From: Naegleria gruberi
Taxonomy: Eukaryota
Length of the DNA stretch: 64,000 bases
Reading direction: 5' to 3' (one strand)
NCBI GenBank assembly: GCA_000004985.1
Contig: GG738845.1
The notes below the pieces were generated by a model. The model did not search any database and was not told the origin of the DNA. It worked only from the letters and a program-made list of their open reading frames with translations. Shown here piece after piece: positions 29,406 to 40,170 of the stretch (position 1 is the first letter of the stretch; each line of letters opens with the position of its first letter). The position numbers were made by a program, and so were the translations under genes.

Positions 29406-31256
29406 ATGCTGAATCATCAGCAGCTGAATCATCATTTCGAGTCGGAAAATGAAGTAAAATCTTCAACATCATCCATGCGAAATAATGTAAAGAATACAAC
29501 AACAACAATAATAACAACAAATGGGACAATACATAGTATTGTAGGAGGAGGAGGAGGAAATAATTTTGAACGAAAATCAACATCCTCACCGAGAACATTA
29601 GACTATACTAATAGTAATAATAACAAACAAAAACTTTCCTTTATAATGAATAGATTAATTCTATTCGGAGCCTTGTTGCTATTTATTTATTTAATTTATG
29701 TCATGCTCAAGTTTCATAGTACAGTGAAGAGTAATGAAAGTACAACCAATAATCGAATTAAAAGCGAGTTTATCAGTGAGGATGATCCGTCCACAATTAA
29801 AAACATTATCAAGGAACAAATTGAACAAGAACAGCAGCAGCAAATAGAGGATAAATCCGATGCTGATAATATTCTAGATAATATTCTAGATAACGCTACT
29901 AGTAAGAAGGGTAACAAACAACAATTGGATGGTAATATAATTGATACGACGAATATTGATTCTGTCAATACGAAAAATGTAAATTCCAATAGTAATAGTG
30001 TGAATAAGAATACATTCAGTACAAGTATAATGGATGAAGAGGCACAAATTGAATTGGTTTGTAATTTAAATATTCAACGATCGGATTCTTGTTATAATAA
30101 TTGTAACAAGATTAATGAAATGAAAAAGGAATTGGAATTATATTGTAAACCTAAAGATAGTGATGAATCTTTGATGAAATGTACAAATTTATATAATTCA
30201 CTAATTTGTCAAACTAATAATCTAGTAATGGATTTGCAAAAAATTTCAAAATCAAATTGTTTGAAATATAGAAGTCAATATAATTGTGTAAATAATAATG
30301 TTAAATCTATGTATGTCTATGAAAAGAATGCTTTCAAATTGAATTGTAATATAAATTTTAGAAATTCCAAATTTTCCATTGATTTCCAAAAGGACTATTT
30401 CAACTCATTCAATTATGATACATTTAAGAATTTAAAAGTTATTGAGAATGAAAATCTAGTTACCATATTAGTTTTTAGAGAAAATGGAATTAGAAATGAA
30501 ATTAACAATATTTATTACTTTATTAATGAGTTATATAATACATATATGGTAATTGAACTTTTTGATTTGGGAGTAGAGTGGGATTTGATTCATATAGTTT
30601 TTATGGATGAGCACGAAAATTCAAAATTCGACTCTATATGGAAATTAATGTTCAAGCAAACTAGGCAACTAAATCAAATATATCCAGAAATGAATCAATT
30701 GGTCAAATTCCAACATGTTCTATTTCAACCTTCAGTTTACAATTCTCCAATTATTAATTATTCCAAAAATGTTAACCATGATTGCCAATCAGTTGATTTG
30801 CTCAACAATTTTGCGAAAATTATCCTACGTAAATTGAGTACCGTTACTACATTACCATTTAAAATAGCTCAAAAGTCACTCTTGGTTGTCTGCATGTACC
30901 AAGATGATAGATTGAAACAGTATTGGACCAATACTGATACACAAGTTAATTACCAACTAATTGACTATTCAACCTTTTCAACATTGAGTATACCACAACA
31001 AATAATTCTATCCTCAAAGGCCAATTTGTTGATTGGCAGAGGTGACAAATTAATTTATTCTTTATTTATGAAACATGGCAATTATGTAATTGAACTAGTT
31101 GATACAGATTCACAAACTTCCTATCAAGAATCATTTAACAATATTGCACAATGGAAGGGACTTCAATACGAGAAAACACATACAATGACTATTTTAAATG
31201 GAGGTCAAAGAGATTTTAATATATTTTTGAATTTAGTTTTATCTAAAATAAAATAA
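29406..31256 (+). CDS. Type II membrane protein, possible GT61/DUF563-like glycosyltransferase (616 aa)
   Basis: The ATG is in an aaaaaaaATG context. A single N-proximal TM helix reads LILFGALLLFIYLIYVML. The luminal domain has conserved-looking blocks (SSKANLLIGRGDKLIYSLFMKHGNYVIEL resembles the GT61 GVHGAGLTN...VIE region). The assignment is tentative. Confidence 0.3.
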   Translation: MLNHQQLNHHFESENEVKSSTSSMRNNVKNTTTTIITTNGTIHSIVGGGGGNNFERKSTSSPRTLDYTNSNNNKQKLSFIMNRLILFGALLLFIYLIYVMLKFHSTVKSNESTTNNRIKSEFISEDDPSTIKNIIKEQIEQEQQQQIEDKSDADNILDNILDNATSKKGNKQQLDGNIIDTTNIDSVNTKNVNSNSNSVNKNTFSTSIMDEEAQIELVCNLNIQRSDSCYNNCNKINEMKKELELYCKPKDSDESLMKCTNLYNSLICQTNNLVMDLQKISKSNCLKYRSQYNCVNNNVKSMYVYEKNAFKLNCNINFRNSKFSIDFQKDYFNSFNYDTFKNLKVIENENLVTILVFRENGIRNEINNIYYFINELYNTYMVIELFDLGVEWDLIHIVFMDEHENSKFDSIWKLMFKQTRQLNQIYPEMNQLVKFQHVLFQPSVYNSPIINYSKNVNHDCQSVDLLNNFAKIILRKLSTVTTLPFKIAQKSLLVVCMYQDDRLKQYWTNTDTQVNYQLIDYSTFSTLSIPQQIILSSKANLLIGRGDKLIYSLFMKHGNYVIELVDTDSQTSYQESFNNIAQWKGLQYEKTHTMTILNGGQRDFNIFLNLVLSKIK

Positions 31257-31263
31257 GCAAAGC

Positions 31264-34200
31264 TTAATCACTAATGACATATTCCTCTGGCTCTTCCTCG
31301 TCATAGGATTCTTCACTATCAAACTCTTCATCTTCAGACGATTCAAACACGTCCTTCTTGTTATTATCGAATTCTTGATTTTCTACCTGTTTGAACTTGT
31401 TGTAATCCAATCGATTGACCATGAGGGATTGTTCTTCCTCTTCTTCACTAGGGGAGGCACTCGAAGCATCTTCTTCTGCTGGTCTTGAAACTCTCACAGT
31501 CTTTTGGCCATATTGTGAACGAGGAGGAACGTAATCATTGGTAACTGTTTGTTTCACACCCATTTCACTTTCACTACTGGTTGTGGATTCATCGTCTTCA
31601 TCAACCATCTTTTCAGGTATTTGCATTTTGTTTGGAGGTAAATAGAGTAAATCTTGTTTTTCAACACTTGGTAGCAAGTGTTTTCTGTGTTTACCAATCC
31701 ATTTAGGAGAGGCTGCATCAAACAGAGAAGGAATAGTAAACGTTGAAGCCTTGTCATTTTGATCCAACCACGATTTAAATGATGTCAATTGGTTAATTAC
31801 CTTCAATTGATTTCCATTCTTTGAGAAAATTGGTTGGTTGATACGTCTACCACCCATTTTCAAAAGTGGATTCTTCTTTACATCTGCCGTATTTTGATCT
31901 AATTTAACCTTTTGAATTGGTGGTAAAATATTTCCAATAATTGCCAACAAGTTATTATTGTTGAATTGCAATGACAAATGATAGGCATCAATATAATTAC
32001 TATTCATAATGTAATAGCTTAACAATAATTCATTCTTCTTCTCTTTCTTCAAATATTGTTCAATCCACAAACTTTCCATTTCATCAAATGGGAATATAGA
32101 AAGCAAATCAATGAAACAATTTCCAATCAAGGAGTAGTAAAGCATACAGTAGAATGTTCTTCTCTTCTCACTTTCATCCTCCATACTTCTGCAATAATCA
32201 AAAGCCAAGTGATACATATCATTAGTTAAATATATTAAGACTTGAATATTGGAATCAATTGAATACTTCGATGAAGTGGTTATATCCATGTCGGAAGTGT
32301 TCGAAGTAGTTGAATCAGACAAAATGTTTAACAAACGCTGTGCTGAATTAAATGAGCAAGATTTGATTAAAATACTGAGTATACTTGAAACCCATTCATC
32401 CAATTCACTGAAAGAACTTTCGCTATTGTTAATAAATAAGTTCGAAAGGTAATGAATAGCTTGATTAAGAATTGAGTCTTGGGTACGTTTAGTGTCCAAC
32501 AGCCATAATCCAACAGCAAAGTGTTGATATGGAGCTGGAATGTTGAATTCCTTAGCATACTTATTTAAAATTGAAACGTCATTACCATTTGAATGTGAAT
32601 GGTTATTATCAATAATTAAATAGAATATAATTAAATGTTTGAGTTGGAGTGAAATATTACTATTATAGATTTGTAAAATGAAATTTTTCAAATCTTTTGG
32701 TGGATATTCTACTTGGCATTTCTCTGCCATATGTTCTATTAAAAAGTTTTTAGTGTTAGTAACATTATGAGTAGGTACCATATCGCTGTCAACACTAGTA
32801 AGATTCATAATATTCAAAATAGAATTGAATTCATCTTCACTAACATTGATCTTGTTGATAGGGAATGGTTGTTCTTTTCTTTGATCCCACTCGGTTTGTA
32901 ATTGGGTATAATTGTAAATATTAGATGTCATTGGTAATAAACCATTTTGAATTAACCATATCATGGTTTTAGCATATTCCACCTTGAAGGTGATAGTCTC
33001 CTTATATTTTACTAGGCTAGGAGTATAGTCATCACCAACATTTTCAATTAACTTAGCTCTATGAATTATTGATTGAATAAGCAAACATAAGGTTTCAAGT
33101 TTGCGAATTGATTTTTGTAACACCTTTTTGCATTCCTGTAACACAAGTGGAGGAGTTGTACGATTTGTATTTTCAAGTAATTGTTGTAAATTTTTTTCCA
33201 ATTCAGAAAATTCGTATTCTTGTGTATTCTTGATCCAAATAGTAATATCCTTAATATCGTGGACGATAAATCTTTGTTTAATACTTTGACTTGTACTCAT
33301 TGGAGCATCGTTATTGAATGGTAATATCAAATCCTCTTGATTTAATACAGTTCCTTCGATATATTCTACCAATGTTGATATTAAATTATTATTGTACAAA
33401 TCTTCGAACAAGTTGTTCATGTTAGATCTGTATTGATGTAATAATTTTTGTAAGGAAGGATTGGCTATCAAGGTATTGTCATTTTTCATTGTGATAGTAT
33501 GAATAGATTGATTTGTCAATACACTAATCTCCAGTCTTGTCAAGTTATTTGACTTATATTGAACGTAATCATGAACATGAACATCCAAGATATTACAATA
33601 CAAATTTTCAATGTCTATACATGCTAAACTAGACTCTAGTTGATCAGTTAAAATCCAAATATTCAAATTGAATATGAGTAATTTGACACTACCTCCATCT
33701 TGTAGTAAAATCAGAGAAGAATACTTGTCAATATTAACTAATTTAACTTGAACCAATTGTTCAGCATAATCTCTCAAGTCAATATATTGCTTAGATTGAT
33801 ATGATTTAAAGTAATCAACAAAATAAAACATTACAAGTTCGTTTGCCTCTGTTCCAACAAGAAGAGTAAAATCATGTTGTTTGCCAATATTATTAATTGA
33901 AATACTTGTAATACTATCATTGCACAATTGTTGAGTAAATACTTTCTCTAATAAATTATTCAATATCTTGTAAAATATAATCTTTCCACTTTCAAATCCT
34001 ACAATGATTAAATCCTTTTCTTTGCTATAATAAATACTAGTTGGATTATCAAGAGGTAAATATTTAAAATTAAAATCATGATCCATAAGACCTATACCAT
34101 TATTTGTTAATACTACAAGGTGATTTTCAACAGCCAAACAATTATTAATTTCATAATCAAGATTAAAATGTCTTAATTTTCTACCACTAGATAAATCAAT

Positions 34201-34497
34201 AGTAAATAATTCCTTTTCCTTTGTAAAACAACAAAGAATCTCTCCAGCACTATCACTAGGTGAATAATAACAACAAGTATTAATATCGGATGGTGAATAA
34301 AATGTTGCAACAACCAATTTGGTCTCGTTATCAACAATCTTTACTTGTCTCCCTTCAGTGATCACAAAGGAAACAAAACCATCTGATGTTATTCTTCCTT
34401 GTTGAGCATTCTTCACTCCCGGAATTTCCCTTCCCAAACACAATTCATAGGGAAGCCTCATAGATAATTGATGAGTAGCCAATGAAGGAGTGGTCAT
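31264..34497 (-). CDS. Large (1077 aa) beta-propeller plus alpha-solenoid protein with an acidic tail, possibly a Nup120/Nup160-family nucleoporin or another vesicle-coat-like scaffold
   Basis: Intron-free minus ORF with ATG at 34495-34497. The N-terminal 400 aa show WD-like strand patterns (VVATFYS, LVVLTNNG, LIIVGFESGKIIFYK, TLLVGTEANELVMFYF). The C-terminal part is alpha-helical. The protein ends EEDASSASPSEEEEEQ...ESSEDEEFDSEESYDEEEPEEYVISD. The functional assignment is a guess. Confidence 0.35.
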   Translation of the reverse strand: MTTPSLATHQLSMRLPYELCLGREIPGVKNAQQGRITSDGFVSFVITEGRQVKIVDNETKLVVATFYSPSDINTCCYYSPSDSAGEILCCFTKEKELFTIDLSSGRKLRHFNLDYEINNCLAVENHLVVLTNNGIGLMDHDFNFKYLPLDNPTSIYYSKEKDLIIVGFESGKIIFYKILNNLLEKVFTQQLCNDSITSISINNIGKQHDFTLLVGTEANELVMFYFVDYFKSYQSKQYIDLRDYAEQLVQVKLVNIDKYSSLILLQDGGSVKLLIFNLNIWILTDQLESSLACIDIENLYCNILDVHVHDYVQYKSNNLTRLEISVLTNQSIHTITMKNDNTLIANPSLQKLLHQYRSNMNNLFEDLYNNNLISTLVEYIEGTVLNQEDLILPFNNDAPMSTSQSIKQRFIVHDIKDITIWIKNTQEYEFSELEKNLQQLLENTNRTTPPLVLQECKKVLQKSIRKLETLCLLIQSIIHRAKLIENVGDDYTPSLVKYKETITFKVEYAKTMIWLIQNGLLPMTSNIYNYTQLQTEWDQRKEQPFPINKINVSEDEFNSILNIMNLTSVDSDMVPTHNVTNTKNFLIEHMAEKCQVEYPPKDLKNFILQIYNSNISLQLKHLIIFYLIIDNNHSHSNGNDVSILNKYAKEFNIPAPYQHFAVGLWLLDTKRTQDSILNQAIHYLSNLFINNSESSFSELDEWVSSILSILIKSCSFNSAQRLLNILSDSTTSNTSDMDITTSSKYSIDSNIQVLIYLTNDMYHLAFDYCRSMEDESEKRRTFYCMLYYSLIGNCFIDLLSIFPFDEMESLWIEQYLKKEKKNELLLSYYIMNSNYIDAYHLSLQFNNNNLLAIIGNILPPIQKVKLDQNTADVKKNPLLKMGGRRINQPIFSKNGNQLKVINQLTSFKSWLDQNDKASTFTIPSLFDAASPKWIGKHRKHLLPSVEKQDLLYLPPNKMQIPEKMVDEDDESTTSSESEMGVKQTVTNDYVPPRSQYGQKTVRVSRPAEEDASSASPSEEEEEQSLMVNRLDYNKFKQVENQEFDNNKKDVFESSEDEEFDSEESYDEEEPEEYVISD

Positions 34498-34695
34498 TTT
34501 TTAAAGCAGAAAAAATTTATTCGTTCTTGTTCAAATAAGTTTTTCAAATTTTCATCATCATCTTTATTTCTATTATATAAAATACAATATATTCGAGTAA
34601 TCATATGGTGATGACCGAAATCCTTCGGAAGTTCGGAAGGTTGAAGAGGTTTTTAATAATTTAATATTTTCATCAAATTATAAATACTAAAAAAA

Positions 34696-36679
34696 ATGAG
34701 AGAAGTTGTAACGCTGCAATTTGGTCATTATTCAAACTTTATTGGCTCACACTATTGGAACACACAAAAGAATGTATTGGAAGGATACAAGCCATTGATG
34801 AATAATTATCACATTCCAAATTTTCGTCCTGAAGTGGAAACAAGTGTCTTATTCCGAGAGACTAGAGGTGGTTATTCGATTCATTCAGAAGATGAAGCAC
34901 TAGAATATTTTCCTAGATTGTTAGTTTTTGATTTGAAGGGATCAAGAGGATCTTTGAGAAAGAATAATGCTGATCCTTATCAATCAGTTGATCAAGAATT
35001 TATCAATCAACATAAGAATATTACTCGTTGGGATAAATTGGAAGTGATGAAGACTTTTGAAAATACTAAACAAACTAAATTTACAAAACAACAATTAAGC
35101 AAGAATGAAAATACACGTGAATTGGTATTGAGTGACGATGAAAGTGAAGTCAGTCAATCACAAGAACCACAACAAAAGAAACAAAAGAAGGAATATAGTA
35201 GAATAGATATTGAACAGGATTTGGAGGAAAATGTCTCGTTATGGAGTGATTATCTTCAAGTGGATTTTCATGACAAGACTATTTGTGAACCTCTCCAGTT
35301 CCAATTTGAAGCAGAAAGTTTCAACGCTCTTAATTATGAATCCTCTGAAGGATTTTCCATGAATAGTGCCTTTGATGTTTATTCTACAGGAAGAGAAGTT
35401 TTACATGGTAATTTTAGTTTGGATCAATACGATGATTTTTCTTCTCAATTAATGTACTTTGTTGAGGAATGTGATAGCTTGGATGGTTTCCAAATTTTCA
35501 CAGATTCTTTCAATGCTTGGGGATTGACCTGTACTGAATTTATTGAAATGATCAAAGATGAAGTTGGAACCAAAGTGCCAATTATTGCCTATGCATCATC
35601 TCCATATATTCCATCTTTTGCTAGTGACACTGATAGATCCAAGTTTATTTTGAATACTTGTCTCACTTATTGTGACCTCTATGAAAATGCAAGCTTGTTT
35701 ATTCCAAACAATGCTCAACAATTAGAATCTATGGCTTCTAGTCCATTCTTCTCTGGATTTGATGTAAGTATAAGTTTTAATACTTTTAGATTCACAATAA
35801 TTCCATCAATTTAATTTGAAATATTCGAAATGTTAATAGCCAAGAAAAATGTATCACTCTGCTTCAGTTATGGCTGCTGCTTTTGATTCCGTCTCTCTTT
35901 CCTATCGTCTCAATGGCCAAGGTAATAAGCAAATTGGCATGCACACATTCGCACAAGAAATGACTCCTCTTTCCTCACTTAAAATTGCCAATATTAATTT
36001 GGCATTCCCATATGCTTACACAATGGGATCATCTCTATATCAAAATTTGAGAGGTCTCAATCCAATTCATCAAAATAATCTCTTCACACCACTCCTCTCT
36101 AATATTGCCTCTGGATATGACAGTGAATCTCCATTTGCTCACTCTCTCATTCTCAGAGGTTTGAATCCAGTTAGTGTTCCACTCTATCACGATTCCGATC
36201 TCAAGGAATTGGATCAATTACGTATGAAGAAATACGGAGGTGAAGAATTGGAAAAGTACAGACACCTCATTGGATGCAATTCTCATAGTGAAATGATTGA
36301 AAATTATATGGGACAAACAAGAAGTTACTCCAAACATGCCTTCCATGTAAATCAAGCATTCCAAACACCATATACCTTCCCAAGAATCCTCAATAATGAA
36401 ACACTTTCAGATAAGGGCTTTTTGAGAGAGGCAGGCGCAAATGCAGCAGAACGTGTTGAAAGTTGTCCACTTGGAGCTTACTTGTCGAATAGTAGAAACT
36501 TTGTCCAACACATCAAGGAACTCAATGAATACTTTGACATGCTCAACGGAGGTACTTCTGCTCTATTTTCTGGTGGATTGACTGGTGCCACAACTTTCAG
36601 ATACAAAATTTCCAAAGATGAAATGAAAGAATACAAGGAAGTCATGGGCAGAATGTTTGATAATTATGAAGAATCATAA
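34696..36679 (+). CDS. mstA: Misato / DML1 (tubulin/FtsZ-related mitochondrial-distribution protein). Exon 1 34696..35763, intron 35764..35839 (76 nt, GTAAGT...TTAATAG), exon 2 35840..36679
   Basis: The N-terminus MREVVTLQFGHYSNFIGSHYWNTQ is the Misato/tubulin GTPase signature (compare MREIITLQLGQCGNQIG). The phase-0 splice joins ORF-track pieces 34696..35814 and 35849..36679. Confidence 0.75.
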
Positions 36680-36804
36680 ATGTTTGTCCAATCTTCAATG
36701 TTTAAATTTTAATTTCCAAATTCTAATATGATTTCAATTATTCTTTGCAACTTCTTCACCAATATTATAAATCTTTTAAAGTAATTTTATTTACAATGAA
36801 GAAG

Positions 36805-37344
36805 TTATTTAGCCAACTTCTTTCGAATTTCCTCACTCAACCATTTCACACCATCTCCAATACCTTCCCCACTCAAAGCATTTGAGGAAACTATGGTCCA
36901 GCTCTTATTTGAAATGTTGTGTAATTTCAAAGATTCAGACACTTCGGAGGAACTAAGGGAATTTGCCAAGTCTTGTTTGTTGGCAAAGAACAGTATTGGT
37001 ATTGGTCTTTCTTTAATTTCTTTCAACAGAATTGTCAGCTCATCTTCTGCGACTGCAACTCTTACACGATCAGCACTATCAACAACAAAGATAACTCCAT
37101 CCACTTCCCCGTAAAAACTCTCCCACAAATTTCTATACTTTCCCTGTCCAGACATATCAAACACTGTAAAATTAAGTTTCTCATAATCAAAATTCTCTTG
37201 ACTGTAACCAACAGTTGGAACAACATTTGTTTCACGTTCCTTCTTTGGCTTTAAATGATTAATAATTGTTGATTTTCCGCTGTTATCCAATCCGCAACAA
37301 ACAATCTTTACACTTTCCTTCTTTTTAGAATTAAAAGCTCCCAT
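36805..37344 (-). CDS. arl6: ARL6 / BBS3 (ARF-like GTPase of the BBSome pathway)
   Basis: [33 protein letters not shown]...[21 protein letters not shown]...[24 protein letters not shown]...[14 protein letters not shown]...[27 protein letters not shown] is collinear with human ARL6 at roughly 55% identity ([71 protein letters not shown]). The ATG at 37342-37344 is chosen over the ORF-track start at 37392. Confidence 0.8.
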   Translation of the reverse strand: [179 protein letters not shown]

Positions 37345-37714
37345 TTTCTTTTTAATAATATAGGTTGTATTAATTATAATAGCAAAATACAAGGTGCCCG
37401 AGCAACACAGTCGACTGAGTTTTTTTGATGAGGTTTTTTGATGGTCAAGTTCTCTACAGCTTTAAATGCGTACAAAAATGGCGCCACAATTTTCATTAGC
37501 CTTATTGATAATAAGAGATGATGGAAATACAAGTTATGATAAAGATATTATCTTTATAATAAAAATCCATACATTTAATACAATCCTAAGTAATTACATG
37601 TAAAATAGTGCATTTTTGATTCATGAGTTTCTGAATTCTACCACTACATTACTTTGTGAATCTAACTAACTTATTCCATAAAATTTACAAAAATTTATTA
37701 CAAAATTCCATGAT

Positions 37715-38755
37715 TTAAATTTCCTCAGATTTATACTTGATAGGTGGATCAAGAATAACAAATCTTGAAGCTATCAATGCCAATTCTTCACTTGGTTTAG
37801 TTCTTTCAATAATTGCTTGAATTCCACCCAAAGTTCTCTCAAGTGCCAAACCAAAATCATTATCTCCATGAATTGTATAAAAAGCCAAAAATAAAGCACT
37901 CACAACATCACCAGTTCCAGTAAAAGAACCTGGTAAACGTTTAAACTTGATTCTATACTTTTTCTGAGAATGTCTATTACTGGCATACAAGACAAGAGTT
38001 TCCTTATCATTATTAAATTCCACACTGGTCAAAACAACGACAGGAATATTATATGGTTCACTGTGGAATAAATTAATGACATCGAGAGCATCTTGTTCAG
38101 TTTCAATTTTCTTTCCACTCAATGTTTCTGCTTCGAATTGATTTGGTGTAATGACAGAGGCACGTTTCAAAACTTGATCTCTATAAATTTGAATCAATGA
38201 TTCTGGCACATATAATTTTCCAGCGTCACCCATAACTGGATCACAAACTAAATTTATACAATATCATCAATTATTGATTGTATAAATATAATTTTTCTAA
38301 TTTCTCAACATACCATAAATTAATTTTGGATTTTTCTCAACTAATGAATCATGGATATGCAAAATATTAGACAAGAATGTTTCACTTCCGATATATCCTG
38401 TAAGTAAATGAGTATAAGATCCTTCCAAATTATTCATTTGTAAACCTTGAAATAATTGTGCAAGTTCATCTCCACTAAGTGTTTGTCCCTTCCATCCTTT
38501 CGAGTAGCCAGTATGATTAGAAAATTGTACCGAATTAATAAAATCAACTTCAAAGCCTAATAATTGAAGAGGAAAAACAGCAGCTCTATTTCCAACATAT
38601 CCATGAACCACATGACTCTGAACACTCAAAACCTTTCCGTTCAAACATGATGGTATGCTAGAATAATCAATGGTTGTTGGTGCAACTGAAGACGATGATG
38701 ATGCAGTTTGTGATGAGGACATTTTTTTATAATGATTCTCTTTGAGCGCATTCAT
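37715..38755 (-). CDS. pdxK: Pyridoxal kinase. 5' exon 38755..38314, intron 38313..38248 (66 nt, GTATGT...AAATTTAG), 3' exon 38247..37715
   Basis: Exon 1 reads [43 protein letters not shown]...[10 protein letters not shown]. Exon 2 opens with (V)[15 protein letters not shown]..., the PdxK VCDPVMGD motif, and carries [12 protein letters not shown]. The phase-1 splice joins the two ORF-track pieces. Confidence 0.85.
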
Positions 38756-39683
38756 AACAAATTATTCTTCTAGTCTACTACTGGTATGCTGCTTCAAGTG
38801 CAATTATTACAATTGTAAAGATGACATTGATTGAGGAAAATAGGAGAGAGTCCAAGATACTGAGAATTAATGAGAATTAATTATCTTTGTCTTTCCGAAG
38901 AAGAAAAAATCAATAAAATTGAATTTTAAAAAATGAAACAGTGTACGATAGAGTCGGATTTTTATTTTGTTGAAATTCAAGTGTAGGTTTTTAGGGATTG
39001 TGACGATGATTGTGGAAAATGTGATGATTTTTAATTTTGGTGAACCATGATAATAATAATTGAAAATATGGAATTTTTTGATAATGTTAATATGTTTTTT
39101 GGCATGATGGAATATATTTATTGTTGAATTGTTTAATTTAATTTAATATTTATTCGGAAAAGACAACAGGATAAAAGTAAAAATCAATTTGTTCAATTAT
39201 TGAATGAACAGATAGCATCATTATTTGGTAAAACTTGCATTAATTTTATGAATGTTCAGGTGCTGTATTATTCGAAAAAGAATAAATTGGCAATCAATGC
39301 CATTGATAGAAAATACTTGGTACATTTATATAATTTAATGCAATTTATTGAAAATGGAGAATATAGAATTATTAAATCATCTCCCTATTTACACACAATT
39401 ATTAGTAATAATAGATTATATTGTGACCATTTATTATTGAAAACAATAGTACAATAGAGAGTGTGCAGACTACTACTAGCTCAACATATGTAAATAAAAT
39501 TCAACACTAAATATATTTTCCAAATTATTTAAGCCATCTAGCTCGTAAGAGAGAACAACGGTCTATCTAAGTGGCATTAAGGGTCATAAGCACTAAGCGT
39601 AAATTATTTTCATTGTAATCTAAAAATTAATGAGACGTAAATCTCTCCGATCGTAATGTATTAGTACACATTAATTAAAAAAA

Positions 39684-39902
39684 ATGAGTCAACAAACCCA
39701 AGTAGTCATTGTCGATGGTTATGGTGCTGTCAGTAGCAATTGCGATTATCAACCAACAGCACAATTTGTGCCTGGGAACTATAGATCTGATGTTGAGATT
39801 GAGAAGGCCAATGAAGCATTGGCTTGTGTTATGGGTGAATTGTTTGACAATGGATTTACATTTTTGGTCAAACATGGTGAAAACTTTATTTTTAAAAAGT
39901 AA
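39684..39902 (+). CDS. Small ORF (72 aa) with a strong start context, unknown function
   Basis: aaaaaaaATGagtcaa gives MSQQTQVVIVDGYGAVSSNCDYQPTAQFVPGNYRSDVEIEKANEALACVMGELFDNGFTFLVKHGENFIFKK. The sequence is non-repetitive and runs of rare codons are not obvious. No homolog recognised. Confidence 0.25.
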   Translation: MSQQTQVVIVDGYGAVSSNCDYQPTAQFVPGNYRSDVEIEKANEALACVMGELFDNGFTFLVKHGENFIFKK

Positions 39903-39945
39903 GGCTGGCTAATACTATCAATAAATTGAATTTATGTTCTAAGGA

Positions 39946-39951
39946 CAAAAT
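39946..39951 (-). terminator. Pol III terminator (T4 run) immediately 3' of the tRNA
   Basis: The minus strand reads ...ACTCATCA-ATTTTG directly after the discriminator base. Confidence 0.45.
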
Positions 39952-40041
39952 TGATGAGTGTGGGATTTGAACCCACGCCCTTGCGGAACACGGTATTAAT
40001 CATACCTTAACGTGTCGTCTTAGACCACTCGACCAACTCAC
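39952..40041 (-). tRNA. tRNA-Leu (anticodon AAG) with an 11-nt intron between positions 37 and 38
   Basis: The minus strand reads GGTGAGT-TG-GTC-GAGTGGTCTAA-GAC-G-ACACG-TTAAGG[TATGATTAATA]C-CGTGT-TCCGCAAGGGC-GTGGG-TTCAAAT-CCCAC-ACTCATC-A. It has a 7-bp acceptor stem with one G-U pair. The D arm is the class-II type (3-bp stem, GAGTGGTCTAA loop). The anticodon loop TTAAGGC is identical to human tRNA-Leu-AAG. The variable arm is long and the T loop is TTCAAATCC. Confidence 0.85.
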
Positions 40042-40170
40042 CATATGCATCACAAAAAACAAGCCATTTAGGATTAAATTAAAGAATTCAATTTAATGTA
40101 AGTGTGGAAGCAAAATTAACAAAAAACATTATGAAAATTTAAAAAGAATTCAAATTTACAAATAGTTAGC

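Noticed and set aside
39200-39457. 85-aa plus ORF in the long spacer upstream of the tRNA and the small ORF
   Set aside because: It starts at TTG in the ORF track. The first in-frame ATG is far inside. The sequence is very AT-rich and Ile/Asn/Leu-biased, consistent with random translation of intergenic DNA.
39900-40170. Retrotransposon (TRE/DGLT-like) insertion next to the tRNA gene
   Set aside because: The 130 bp between the tRNA 5' end (40041) and the transporter stop (40171) is ordinary AT-rich spacer, as is the 50 bp on the other side between the tRNA 3' end and the small ORF. There are no LTR-like repeats, poly-A tail or RT-like ORF.
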